Origin: an uncultured Actinomycetota bacterium
GTDB lineage: Bacteria; Actinomycetota; Actinomycetes; JAHEKZ01
Assembly (NCBI GenBank): GCA_963829525.1
Contig: CAWHIJ010000003.1
Coordinates: 1,472,001 to 1,536,000 of the forward strand
Length of the DNA: 64,000 nucleotides
Reading direction: 5' to 3'
Shown here: positions 50,709-60,804 of the stretch, piece by piece
Layout of the letters: each line of letters starts with the position of its first letter
How positions within the stretch are numbered: the stretch's first letter is position 1
The notes under the pieces: model-generated
The model's input: the letters and a program-made list of their open reading frames with translations, nothing else
Told to the model about the DNA's origin: nothing
Database searches by the model: none
Made by a program: the position numbers and the translations under genes

Positions 50709-51993
50709 TCAGGTCCTTGGGAAGTCTTGGATGTCGATGTGCCTGGCTAACAGCCTGGCCAGCGACCTGACATCGATCGCTCGCTGCAGGAGTGGGCCGG
50801 CCTCCTCGGCCAGGCCAGCCAGCGCGGCCAGGGATGCCTCGCTGAACGGCTCTTTGCGGTCGCGGGACAGCACCAGCACCGCGTGCACCTGAGTGACCGG
50901 AACCGCCATGAGGTGAGTGCGGCTCGCGAGCGGCGCACCGCGAAGATCCTGGCGGGCGACGTCACTCTCTTCGATCAGGATTCCCTTGCCTGCGTTCGCG
51001 ATTCTCTCGACGAGCCACGAATCTGGAGCGAGCTGGAGGCGGTACTCCAGCGGCCGCAGTGCGACTCCGGCCGCGACGCGCCATATTGATCCCGTCCGGG
51101 ACGATAAGTGCTCCGGCATCGGCCATGGTGCGACTGACCGCGTCCTCGACAACGACCGTCGCGGCTTCCTCGAGCGTGTAGAAAAGATGCGCTTCCTCAA
51201 GCAGAGCATGGACGGGATCGGCTGCAGAGAGGCTGTCCCCGGCGACTGTCCGCTTCGCCAGATCAGCAGTGGGTGGCTCGGAAGGGTCGAGGCGCAACGG
51301 GGGCGATTCGTAGCCTTCGCGTTCAGCATTCACAGCGTCGCGACGACGTCGACGCCCCGTGCGTTGAGGGACCGGGAGTGGCGCTGGTTCAGGGAGGGGC
51401 GCGGGTTCGGGGAGTGGTTCTGGTTCGGGGAGTGGTTCTGGTTCGGGGAGTGGTTCTGGTTCGGGGAGTGGAGCTGGTTGGGGGACCGGCGAGGATGGCG
51501 GAGGGGCCGGCAGCGGCGGCAAGACTTCCTGATCGAGCAGGTCGGGGTCCGGAAGTATTGCGAACTCTGGTACCTCGTCGAGCAGACGCTGGTCTGCCGG
51601 TTCGGAGCTTGTCTCGTGCCCGACGGGGCTTGGTGCCATGCGAGGGTGACGGAGGACCTCCGTCACGGCCTTCTGGAGCCGTTGGGGGTCGAGGGGAAGC
51701 GAGAGCAGGTCGACACCGGGAAGGTCCGCGACGTCCGCATCGATCCAGGCCCGATCGTACGCTGCCACCACAACGACGGGAACCCACCGGCCCTGGGCTC
51801 TCAGGTCACCGACGACGCGGCTGGCGACGGAAGGAGATCCGAGATCGAGCACCAGTGCGTCAACACCGACGTCTTCGCCGCTCGCAAGCCACTCGTCCAG
51901 CTCGTTCGCTCGGATCTCGATCAGACTGTGCTTGGTCGCCGACAACGCCATCGACATGGCCGGGTTTCGCGAGACGAGCGCTAGCCGCGCCAT
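50709..51993 (-). CDS. Atypical receiver - Pro/Glu linker - GAF protein (frameshift ~51085)
   Basis: REC-like N-term (DALVLDLG, VPVVVVA, LSLPL), PEPEPL repeats, GAF-like C-term (HLMAVPV..VLVLSR...PFSEASLAAL); starts 4 bp after tadC. Confidence 0.72.
51386..51475. repeat. 18-bp tandem repeat encoding (PLPEPE)n
   Basis: GGTTCGGGGAGTGGTTCT x3 perfect (51404-51457) plus degenerate flanking copies. Confidence 0.9.
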
Positions 51994-51996
51994 GGA

Positions 51997-52935
51997 TCAC
52001 GACCCAACGATGATGGACTGGTAGATGCTGATGGCCGCCGGACCGAGTACGACGACGAACAGAGCTGGAAGGATACAGAAGATGAGCGGGAAGAGAATCT
52101 TTACCGGAACCTTCTGCGCTTGTTCCTCGGCGCGCTGGGAGCGTTTGACTCGCATCTCTTTGGCCTGAACTCGCAGAACATTGGCGATCGGGATGCCGAA
52201 CGCGTCCGCCTGAACCATTGACGTGACGAAGCCTTGAAGCTCTTCAACGTCGGTGCGATCCCCGAGCGCGCGCATCGCGTCCGTGCGACCCATCCCGATC
52301 TGCATCTCTTGCAGCACGCGGAAGAACTCATCAGCGAGCGGTCCATCGGTGTTACGCGCAACCTGCGAGACGGCGGCGTCGAACGCGAGCCCTGCCTCAA
52401 CGCTGATGGTCAGCAGGTCGAGCGCGTCCGGCAGGTCCTTGCGGATCTGGTCGCTGCGGTTGTAGGCGCTTTGGTAGAGCACGATGTTGGGCACGTAGAA
52501 GCCCAGAAGCGTGATGCCAGCGGCGATCGCGACGGTGGGCAAGAGCCCCCCGACAAGTGCCCCGAGAGCGATTCCGAGCAGCAGCCCGGCAAACAGGCCG
52601 AGGACCTTGAAAGCGATGACTCGATCCACGTCCCACCCGGGGGGATTACCCGCAAGGTCGAGCTTGCGTGCCATCCGTTCGGACTGGTCGCCGGCCGTGA
52701 ATCGGCGGCCGATAGTCGTCAGTCGACCCATTGCAGGCGACATCACTCGGTCGCCGAACGGCTTGTCGAGCTCGGTCTTCATGTGGTCAGGTGCTGTGTC
52801 TATGGCGCGGACGGCGGCCAAGGACCGATTGACCGCCTGGCGCTCAGACGTGATGGTGCCGATGGTGGTCAGCAGCAGGACGATGGCGAGGAAGACTGCG
52901 GCCAGGCCGAGAAGTAGAACGAGTTGCGACGGCAT
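51997..52935 (-). CDS. tadC: Tad pilus inner-membrane platform protein TadC
   Basis: LPDALDLLTISVEAGLAFDAA, QADAFG, AEEQAQKVPVKILFPL. Confidence 0.92.
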   Translation of the reverse strand: MPSQLVLLLGLAAVFLAIVLLLTTIGTITSERQAVNRSLAAVRAIDTAPDHMKTELDKPFGDRVMSPAMGRLTTIGRRFTAGDQSERMARKLDLAGNPPGWDVDRVIAFKVLGLFAGLLLGIALGALVGGLLPTVAIAAGITLLGFYVPNIVLYQSAYNRSDQIRKDLPDALDLLTISVEAGLAFDAAVSQVARNTDGPLADEFFRVLQEMQIGMGRTDAMRALGDRTDVEELQGFVTSMVQADAFGIPIANVLRVQAKEMRVKRSQRAEEQAQKVPVKILFPLIFCILPALFVVVLGPAAISIYQSIIVGS

Positions 52936-52936
52936 G

Positions 52937-54889
52937 TCAGACCTCCACCTTGACGACCTTGCGAAGCCACAATCCGCCGACGGCAAGGAGGAGAAGGCCC
53001 ACGATGACCAGCACCCACCCGGCAGGAGTCGTGACCAGCGGTTGGAGGTACTCCGGGCGAACGAGCACCATGTAGAGCGCGAAAGTCACCGGAAGCATGG
53101 CCAGGATCCAGGCCGAAAGGCGCCCCTCGGCAGACAGCACCTGCACCTGTCGACGGAGTCGCTCACGTTCGCGCAGGGTGGCCGAAACGGTGGAAAGCAC
53201 CTCAGCGAGGTTACCTCCCACTTCACGTTGGATTCTGATTGCCATGACCACCCAGGTGAAGTCGACGCTCTGCATGCGTTGCGCGATCCCATCCAGCGCG
53301 TCCTCGAGCTCAACACCGAGTCGGGTCTCGACAAGAGCGCGGTTGAACTCGGTGGAGATCGGAGGTTTCCCCTCGCGCACCACAGTGTCGATCGCTTGAG
53401 GCATCGAATAACCGGCCGACAGGCTTCCGGCCATCAGCTGGAGGGTGTCAGGTAGCGCGGCAAGGAATGCTTTGCGACGCTGGCCCGCCTTGCGCGAGAG
53501 GTAGAGCCACGGAATGAGGCCACCGAAGAACATGCCGATGATCGTCACGAGGATTCTGCCGCTGGACAGCAAGAAGAGCACGAGGCCGGCGCCGAGGACT
53601 ATCCCCACGTGGATGAGCAGCCACTCTGCTGGTTTGAGTGGCACCGCTGCAGACTCCAGACGACCCCCAAGTCGCGACTCGAAGTCCCGTTGGGCCACTA
53701 CGCGCCCGGCAAGCTCAACCGCGCTTCTGGCGACCTGAGTGTCGCCCAGCACCGTCGTCTCCTGTTCCTTCACCGGCTGTCGCCCGCCCAGGGTGTAGAT
53801 CGACAGGCGACGACGCACGCCGCTGCTCTGCCCTCGCTCCGGGTCGGTGGCTGAGGAAATCGCGACGTAGACGAGGATCAGCAAGGCGATGCCGACGGCG
53901 ATCACGGCGATCCAGATCAGGTTGTCCGAGACCGCCTGGATCGGGCCGGGGTCGGGAGCGGGTGCCGGCTTGATGTCCTCGGGGGCCGGGATGTCGGCGG
54001 GGGCTATTGAGACGAATGCTTGGTCGGTGACGGCGGCCCCATCGACGAGGACGGTGACCGAAATCGTGGCAGAGTTCTTGGTGAAATCCTCGGGCAGGGG
54101 AGCGGTGAGAACTAGGCGGTTGCTGATGCTTGAGGCCGCATCGTTGAATGCGGTAACCAGTTCGGCCGTGTCGGCCGCCTGGTAGACGGTCCCACCGGTG
54201 GCATCGGCGATATCGGTCAGCGCCGCAGTCTGGCCCGAGCTCTCGCCGAACGAAACCACGTCGAAGCGAGCCTCTGCATTCTCGGCCGACTTGGTTGCCT
54301 CTGCCAGCGTGGCCGTACTGCCGCGGTCGGCCCCATCTGAGAGCAGAAGTGCCGAACCTACGTCGGCGCTCTTCAACTCGTCCGCCGCGAGGACGACTGC
54401 GTCGTAGAGCACCGTTTGCTGTGCCGTGGCTAGACCATCGATGGCCTCAACAAGAGCGTTGCGGTCGGTGGTCGGGGCTACCCGCACCTCAGTGGAGCTG
54501 TCGAAAGTGATGAGTCCGATCTCGACTTCCGCAGGTACCGCCTCCACGAACTGCTTGGCTGCGTCCTGTGCACTGGCAAGCTTGCCGTTCTCGTTCATCG
54601 AGTCGCTGGTGTCCATCACCAGATACGTTGTCTGCGTGATGTCGCTGTTGTCACTCGCAGCCTCAACCGAAGGGTCGAGCGGCTGGCCGTCCAAAGACGC
54701 TGACACATTGTTGGTGTCGACGTCGGCCCCGGGAGCTAGGCCGCTGAGGCCGAGGACGACGCTGAGCTCGCCATCGTTTACCTCAACCTGCTCGATCGTG
54801 GAGCTGGTCTCGGCAATCGCCGTTCCGGCGCCCGCAAGGAGGATGAGCGCTGCGATGGCGGCGCCGGTCAGGGTCCGACGCACGCTCAT
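52937..54889 (-). CDS. tadB: VWA-domain-fused TadB
   Basis: Signal peptide; MIDAS DTSDS, T.LYDA, LLSDG; then TM and LPDTLQLMAGSLSAG, QREVGGNL, SAEGRLS. Confidence 0.9.
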   Translation of the reverse strand: MSVRRTLTGAAIAALILLAGAGTAIAETSSTIEQVEVNDGELSVVLGLSGLAPGADVDTNNVSASLDGQPLDPSVEAASDNSDITQTTYLVMDTSDSMNENGKLASAQDAAKQFVEAVPAEVEIGLITFDSSTEVRVAPTTDRNALVEAIDGLATAQQTVLYDAVVLAADELKSADVGSALLLSDGADRGSTATLAEATKSAENAEARFDVVSFGESSGQTAALTDIADATGGTVYQAADTAELVTAFNDAASSISNRLVLTAPLPEDFTKNSATISVTVLVDGAAVTDQAFVSIAPADIPAPEDIKPAPAPDPGPIQAVSDNLIWIAVIAVGIALLILVYVAISSATDPERGQSSGVRRRLSIYTLGGRQPVKEQETTVLGDTQVARSAVELAGRVVAQRDFESRLGGRLESAAVPLKPAEWLLIHVGIVLGAGLVLFLLSSGRILVTIIGMFFGGLIPWLYLSRKAGQRRKAFLAALPDTLQLMAGSLSAGYSMPQAIDTVVREGKPPISTEFNRALVETRLGVELEDALDGIAQRMQSVDFTWVVMAIRIQREVGGNLAEVLSTVSATLRERERLRRQVQVLSAEGRLSAWILAMLPVTFALYMVLVRPEYLQPLVTTPAGWVLVIVGLLLLAVGGLWLRKVVKVEV

Positions 54890-56277
54890 CGCCCCGTGAA
54901 CTTCTCGAAGGCGAAGAGGGACGGGTCGACGCTGACGCCAGAGGCTGTGAGCTTGTCGAGGAACTTAGGACGAAGCCCGGTTGACTTCAAGGTTCCGATC
55001 GAGCGGCCGTTCTCGTCGAACCCCGCTCCGTGGTCGAAGAGGAAGAGGTCCTGGAGGGTGATCACATCACCTTCCATACCGACCACTTCGGAGACCGCGG
55101 TGATGTGTCGCGTCCCGTCCTTGAACCGGGTCTGCTGGACCACCAGATCGATGGCGCTGGCAACCTGCTCTCGAATCGCGCGCACCGGCAGGTCGACCCC
55201 GGCCATCAGGACCATGGTCTCGATGCGGGCAAGCACGTCACGAGGCGTGTTGGCGTGAACGGTACAGATCGACCCGTCGTGACCGGTGTTCATCGCCTGA
55301 AGCATGTCCAGTGCCGCCGCGTCACGAACTTCACCGACGACGATGCGGTCCGGGCGCATACGCAGGGCGTTTCGCACGAGGTCGCGAACCTTGACCTCAC
55401 CGCGACCTTCGATGTTCGGTGGACGTGCCTCGAGCCGAAGCACGTGGTCTTGGTGCAGCTGCAGCTCTGCGGCGTCCTCGATCGTGACGATCCGCTCGTT
55501 CTCGGGGATGAAAGAAGACAGCACGTTGAGCGTGGTCGTCTTTCCGGCGCCCGTGCCGCCGGAGACCAAGATGTTGAGCTTGCCCCGCACACATGCGTCG
55601 AGGAAGTCCGCAACCGACCGCGTCAGGGTGCCGAAGCCGATCAGGTCCTCGATCCGGTACGGGTCCGCGGCGAACTTTCGGATGGTGAGCATCGAGCCAT
55701 CGAGAGCAAGCGGCGGGACGACTGCGTTGACACGGCTGCCGTCGGGAAGCCGGGCGTCGACCATGGGGCTGGACTCGTCGACGCGACGTCCCACACGCGC
55801 CACGATCTTCTCGATCGTGCGGCGCAGATGGTTCTCGTCGGTGAACTCGCCATCGGTCTTGTAGAGCCGGCCGGCACGCTCAATCCAAATGTCGCTGCTG
55901 CCGTTGACCATGACCTCGGTGATGTCGGGGTCACGCAGGTAGGGCTCGAGAGGGCCATAGCCGAGGATGTCGTCGGCGATCTCTTGGGCGATTCGGGCCC
56001 GGTCGGCTGTGGTGAGAGGTGTGTCATCTTGGCTCAGAACCTCTTGCAGCGCCTGGCGGACCTTCTGCTCCAGCTCGCTCTGCGTCTGCCGTGAGTCGTA
56101 GAGCTTGGGGCCAAGGTTGTCGAGCAGAGCTTGGTGCACTGTGCGCTTGAGGTCGGCAAAGGGGTCGCTGGACTTGCGCTTGGCTAAGGGCTTGCCGATC
56201 AGGGTGTCGTCGGCCTCCACGCGCTCGGTCGGAGCCTTCTGTCGCCGGGCTTCGGCGAGGCGGTCTGCCAGGCTCAT
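54886..56277 (-). CDS. cpaF: Tad pilus assembly ATPase CpaF/TadA
   Basis: GYGPLE, PMVDARLPDGSR, GGTGAGKTT, IEDAAEL, LRMRPDRIVVGEVR, MNTGH. Confidence 0.96.
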   Translation of the reverse strand: MSLADRLAEARRQKAPTERVEADDTLIGKPLAKRKSSDPFADLKRTVHQALLDNLGPKLYDSRQTQSELEQKVRQALQEVLSQDDTPLTTADRARIAQEIADDILGYGPLEPYLRDPDITEVMVNGSSDIWIERAGRLYKTDGEFTDENHLRRTIEKIVARVGRRVDESSPMVDARLPDGSRVNAVVPPLALDGSMLTIRKFAADPYRIEDLIGFGTLTRSVADFLDACVRGKLNILVSGGTGAGKTTTLNVLSSFIPENERIVTIEDAAELQLHQDHVLRLEARPPNIEGRGEVKVRDLVRNALRMRPDRIVVGEVRDAAALDMLQAMNTGHDGSICTVHANTPRDVLARIETMVLMAGVDLPVRAIREQVASAIDLVVQQTRFKDGTRHITAVSEVVGMEGDVITLQDLFLFDHGAGFDENGRSIGTLKSTGLRPKFLDKLTASGVSVDPSLFAFEKFTGR

Positions 56278-57485
56278 GAGGTCTTGGCCTTCCTGCGAAG
56301 GAGACCGCGGCGGTCGCTGCGGAGCTCAGGAGGGATGGAGGAGTCGGTGTGACGCCCAGTGAGTACATGCTTCTCGGCGAACTGACGGATCGCCACGCTG
56401 ACCGGATGCTTGGGGTCGTCGTAGATGATCGGCACGCCCCGGTTGATGGCAGCGGGCACGTCTCGCGAGCTGGGGATCTGGATCGAGATCGGAACGCGCA
56501 GGGTCTTCTCTACCTCGTTGAGGGCCAGTCCGACCTTGGAGTCGGAGCGGTTGAGGACAACGGCCCACTTCTCTCGGGGGAAGTTGATCTCCTCGAGGGT
56601 CTCGAGTGTCAGCTTGAGGTTCTTCAGGGCCGGGATGTCAAGAGTCGCGATCAGTGCGATGAGGTCGCTCTGGTCGAGCGCCTCGAGCACCTGCTCGTCG
56701 AATGCCGGGGGGGTGTCGACGACGACGTAGTCGAACTCTTGGCGGAGGATTGACAGGATCTCTCGTACCAGGTCTGCAGTGATCCCCCTGTTCGACCCGG
56801 GGTCCAGGGGAGCTACCAGTGTTGACAGTCCCGGGATGTTGTTGTGCGGGGTGAGCAGTGACTCGACTGCCGGGGCGTCGAGACCGTCGCCGAGCGAGAC
56901 GGCGTCGGCGATGGTGTGAGCCGGGAAGAGCTGCAGAGCGATCGCGACGTCGCCGAAGGAGAGGTCGAGGTCGACGAGACAGACGCGATTGCGTCCTCCC
57001 TCTGTGAGGGCTACCGCAAGGTTCGTCGACAGCGTGGTCTTGCCGCAGCCACCCTTGGCCGAGAACACCGTGACCAAGATGGCGTGGTCGACCTCGTCCT
57101 CGGGGTGCGCGGCCCCCGGAACTGTCTCACGCATTGACTGGGCGAGCTGCTTCACCCGGGCTACCGCCGAGTTGATTCCGGCGAGGTCGCGCTCTTCGCA
57201 CACTTCTCGAACCCCAGAACGCAGGGCATCGGCCAGCACGGAGGTATCGACCCTGCGACGAACAAGGACTACTCCGAGACTCTGCCGAGAGACCCTCATC
57301 CCAGCGGCAAGCTCAAGCGCGCTCTCGAGGTCGACAGAGGACCCGATCACAACGGCGTCCTCGCCCAAGTGGGTGTCGAGATGGCGCCGGAGTGCGTCGA
57401 GCGTCGGAAGCACCGTGGCATCGGCACCGAGTGCCGAGCGAAGTGACTCCGCGGTGTTGGCGTCGTAATCGAGGATGACAGTCAT
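56274..57485 (-). CDS. cpaE: CpaE/TadZ receiver-like + ParA/MinD ATPase
   Basis: Atypical REC N-term; deviant Walker A KGGCGKT, VDLDLSFGD, VVVDTPP, VLNR. Confidence 0.9.
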   Translation of the reverse strand: MTVILDYDANTAESLRSALGADATVLPTLDALRRHLDTHLGEDAVVIGSSVDLESALELAAGMRVSRQSLGVVLVRRRVDTSVLADALRSGVREVCEERDLAGINSAVARVKQLAQSMRETVPGAAHPEDEVDHAILVTVFSAKGGCGKTTLSTNLAVALTEGGRNRVCLVDLDLSFGDVAIALQLFPAHTIADAVSLGDGLDAPAVESLLTPHNNIPGLSTLVAPLDPGSNRGITADLVREILSILRQEFDYVVVDTPPAFDEQVLEALDQSDLIALIATLDIPALKNLKLTLETLEEINFPREKWAVVLNRSDSKVGLALNEVEKTLRVPISIQIPSSRDVPAAINRGVPIIYDDPKHPVSVAIRQFAEKHVLTGRHTDSSIPPELRSDRRGLLRRKAKTS

Positions 57486-58226
57486 CAGCGGAACAGGTTC
57501 TGAGTGGTGGTGGCCCCGCCGGTACGCACCTTGGTTCCGTCTCCGAGAAGTGCGAAGTAGAGGGCGCCTCCGGTCTGCGCGTTGATGATCTTCTCGGCCT
57601 CTTGCTGGTCGACCGACAGCGGTGAGGATCGCCAAGGGGATCTCCTCAGTTGTCGAGTCGCCTTGGTCGGTCGTGGTTGTCTGTGTGGTCAGCGTGGTAG
57701 CGCCGACACCGATTACCTCGACCTCGGGCAGCAACGCAGAGGTCACGTCGATGTCGGTGGTCGCTGCTGTCCGGCCAGTGAGAGTTGCGAAGACAGCAAC
57801 TCGTGATCCGGGAACCACGAATCCAGCGACGCGCTCTGGGTCTCCGAGCTGGACCGAGATGGCCAGCTGACCCTTGGGAACCTCGAGTCCAGAGGCCGCC
57901 TGCGCGTTGCCGAACATCTGCGCCAAGATCTGCTGCCCCGGAAAGATTGGTGCGAGCGCAACCTGGTCGGAGATGATCGTGATGTCAGTCAACGCTCCTT
58001 CGGCTGCAGCCGAAGCCGGAACCTCTTGAATCTCGAAGGCTCCGTCCTCAGAAGCAGTGGAGGCTGTTGTCCCTGCGGCCACCTCCTGGGTGGCCACGAG
58101 CACCTGGACCGGAGTGGCGTCGGCCTGCGCACGTTCGTCTGCACCTCGCACGTACACGAAGATGAGAACGGTGCCGAGCGCGGCAACGACCAGAGCGGCA
58201 ATGAGCAAAAGAGTTCTACGTCCCAT
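57485..58226 (-). CDS. cpaB: Flp pilus assembly protein CpaB/RcpC (frameshift ~57620)
   Basis: N-terminal TM, SAF-like VLVAT..VAAGT, VAGFVVPGSRV; alternate frame ends GALYFALL..NLFR* with TGATG coupling to cpaE. Confidence 0.88.
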
Positions 58227-58233
58227 AAGACCT

Positions 58234-58261
58234 CTATCGGAGTGTGACGTGCTCGGTTGAG
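58234..58261 (-). promoter_or_regulatory. Candidate sigma28 (FliA/WhiG-type) promoter of cpaB, leaderless
   Basis: TCAA-N15-TCCGATAG, 7 nt before the ATG. Confidence 0.5.
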
Positions 58262-58452
58262 GGAACAAGGCGGACAAATTTCTTGAGCGGGTGCTCCAGC
58301 GGCCATGGTCGGCACTGCCTGCGACACACCATGAGCCCCCGAGATCCCCTGGCGACCGCTGTCGCCAATGGTGCATCGTCCCATGGCACCTTGTCCGTTA
58401 CGCGCAGGGACTCCCGGTCTGTCCCTGGTAGCAAACACCTAGTTATATCGAA

Positions 58453-59985
58453 CTACCCACCAGCAACCGTGAGCACGACCTGGGCGCGCACGTGCGGATG
58501 ACTCCACGCCAAGTTGGTCCGGTACCAGTGCAGAAAGGTGAGGAGCGCGACGGGCAGCGCACCGAGCAGCGGGAACCACCACGGCTGGGCGAGGGCCAGC
58601 CCGGCGAAGTAGAGGCTGGTAAAGGTGGTGACGGTGGCGAACCGCACTGACTGCGCTGCCATGACCCCCGGTGTGGCCGGAGTGTCCCGAGGGCCCTGCA
58701 GGTCTGCCCGATGTGGGTGTCGCAGCGAGGACCGCATGCCGATGGCCACGACGATCAGGACACAGCAGACCGCGGAGGCTATCGCGGCAGAGACTTGCGC
58801 CCCTGTCGACGGAACGGGGGCTCGAAGCGAGCCACCGATCAGTGCTGAGAGAACCGCGGCCATGGCCACCTCGAGGAAGACCAATGACTTTGCGAGGAAT
58901 GCCGATTGCGACCACTCCGGCAGAGTGGCAAGCCACACCGAGCCGGTGGAGTCGAGCGTGAAGGCGTTGATCCCGAAGAGCAATCCAGCGCCAGCTGCGA
59001 TGAGTCCTGGAACCAGGATCAGCGACTGCCAGGTCATCCCGGCCAGGGCTGCAATCATCCCGGGCACGACGACGAGGACGAGTACCCCGCGGCGCAGGGG
59101 GGTGGAGCGCCAGACGCTGGCGTGGTCGACCACAACCAGAGCGAGCAGGCGATTGGACCGCTGGCGTCGCCGAGTCAGTGATCGTGCACTGGCCCGATCG
59201 GAGTGGTCACCAGGCCGTCGTAGGGCCCACGCGGTCACCGCGTCCCCGGCCTTGAGAAGGACGAGTGCAGGGATGGCCAGAGCTGCGAGGACGATCAACC
59301 AGTCCCGGTAGTTGCCTGCGTATCCGTCGAAGGCACCAACCAACACCCTTGTCGTCGGTGAGCGGTCGAGCAACGTGATGACGTTGTCCGTCCAGAAGAT
59401 GAGTAGTCCACCAACAATGACGGCCAGCCCCAAGAGGTTCGTGACCCACCGACCTGGCCGGTTCTGTCGAATCCCCATCACCAGCCAACCGGCAACGTGT
59501 CCGAAGACGGTGGCCAATCCGATGAAGGCAGCCGCCACAACCAGCGCTCTTGCGGTTGGCAACCAGACGAGGTCACCGGCGGCAAATCCGGTGACTACGA
59601 ACAGCGCCACCACGTTGATCATCCAGGCCAAGTTGATCGGCGCGAGGACCAAGGTGCTGCGAAAGACGGTGGCGGGTCTGATGGGGTAGGCCATTAGATG
59701 GTCGGCGGGATAGAGCTCGTACCCGCCGCCAGACACTAGAGGTGCGAGGACCGCCAGCACGATGAACCCGACGTAGAAGGACGGTGTTGCCACCCCAAGG
59801 TTGAGTCTTTGGTCGTCCGGCGCCGTCTGGAGACTGAAGAGTCCTACCAGGACAAGTGCCGGGGGCACGAGGGTGACAAAGGTGATACCCCACCGCAAAG
59901 GTGTGGAGCGGATCATCTTCCAACGGAGCCTGAGGAGCGCCATCAGCTGCGCGTTGGGGGTGAGGGGGCGCGGTGGCGTGCTCAT
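58453..59985 (-). CDS. Multi-pass ABC-2-like permease
   Basis: ~12 TM in two halves; ATGA overlap with the ATPase gene. Confidence 0.8.
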   Translation of the reverse strand: MSTPPRPLTPNAQLMALLRLRWKMIRSTPLRWGITFVTLVPPALVLVGLFSLQTAPDDQRLNLGVATPSFYVGFIVLAVLAPLVSGGGYELYPADHLMAYPIRPATVFRSTLVLAPINLAWMINVVALFVVTGFAAGDLVWLPTARALVVAAAFIGLATVFGHVAGWLVMGIRQNRPGRWVTNLLGLAVIVGGLLIFWTDNVITLLDRSPTTRVLVGAFDGYAGNYRDWLIVLAALAIPALVLLKAGDAVTAWALRRPGDHSDRASARSLTRRRQRSNRLLALVVVDHASVWRSTPLRRGVLVLVVVPGMIAALAGMTWQSLILVPGLIAAGAGLLFGINAFTLDSTGSVWLATLPEWSQSAFLAKSLVFLEVAMAAVLSALIGGSLRAPVPSTGAQVSAAIASAVCCVLIVVAIGMRSSLRHPHRADLQGPRDTPATPGVMAAQSVRFATVTTFTSLYFAGLALAQPWWFPLLGALPVALLTFLHWYRTNLAWSHPHVRAQVVLTVAGG

Positions 59986-60692
59986 GAGGTCAGCAGGGAG
60001 CGGTAGCGCTCTGCACCGGCTCGACCGGCCAACTCGGTCGCCGGGGCCGCGGCGATCACCCGTCCGCGCCTGAGCACGACCGCCTGCTCGCAGGCCTGAA
60101 CGGCGAGCTCGAGGAGGTGGGTCGAGACCATGACCGCCGACCCGGTTGCGCGAAGTTCGGCGATCACTTCCATCGTTGCCTCGACGCCGAGCGGGTCCAC
60201 CCCGTCAAATGGCTCGTCGAGCAGCAGCACCTCGGGTTCATGAAAGGCGGCCAGGATCACCGACATCCTCCGGCCCATGCCATGCGAGAAACCAGCGGTG
60301 ACCCGGTCGGCGACGCCAAGCAGGTCGAAGCGGTCCAGAAGGTCCTCGGCTCTCTTCTCCCAACCAGCGTCCATCGCCCGCATCGTGGCCGAGAGCTGCA
60401 GGTGCTCCCATGGGGTGGCTCGCGGGATGAGTCCTCCGACGTCCGGGCAGTAGCCGACTCGCGCCCGAGCCTGATCAGGGTGGCGCAATGCATCCACGCC
60501 GCCGATCGACACCGAGCCCGTGGTCGGGGGAAGCACGCCGGCCAGCACCTTCAATGTGGTCGACTTTCCCGCGCCGTTGCGTCCGACGAGCGCAAGGGTG
60601 GCACGGGCCGGCACGGTCAGGTCGAAGCCGTCAACGGCAACGACCGGCCCAAAGGCGACCGTGAGTCCCCGGGCTTCCACTACTGCGCTCAT
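59982..60692 (-). CDS. ABC transporter ATP-binding protein
   Basis: GRNGAGKST, FSHGMG signature, LLLDEP, STH. Confidence 0.93.
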   Translation of the reverse strand: MSAVVEARGLTVAFGPVVAVDGFDLTVPARATLALVGRNGAGKSTTLKVLAGVLPPTTGSVSIGGVDALRHPDQARARVGYCPDVGGLIPRATPWEHLQLSATMRAMDAGWEKRAEDLLDRFDLLGVADRVTAGFSHGMGRRMSVILAAFHEPEVLLLDEPFDGVDPLGVEATMEVIAELRATGSAVMVSTHLLELAVQACEQAVVLRRGRVIAAAPATELAGRAGAERYRSLLTS

Positions 60693-60769
60693 CGTCCCCC
60701 CTTCGGCGCTTCCAGCCTCCAGGTTGATGGTCCACTCGGTGACTGCGCAACTCGAGAGTGACCGGCTCG

Positions 60770-60797
60770 TCAAGACTTAATGCCGCCATGCCGAGGA
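60770..60797 (+). promoter_or_regulatory. Candidate sigma28-type promoter, leaderless
   Basis: TCAA-N16-GCCGAGGA, 7 nt before GTG 60805. Confidence 0.45.
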
Positions 60798-60804
60798 TCC
60801 TTGC

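Noticed and set aside
51386-51475. Regular repeats as a possible CRISPR array
   Set aside because: Contiguous 18-bp units with no spacers, in frame within a Pro-rich linker; no cas genes
56274-58376. 700-aa ORF suggesting a CpaB-CpaE fusion
   Set aside because: A frameshift near 57620 explains it; the alternate frame gives a normal CpaB end with TGATG coupling to cpaE
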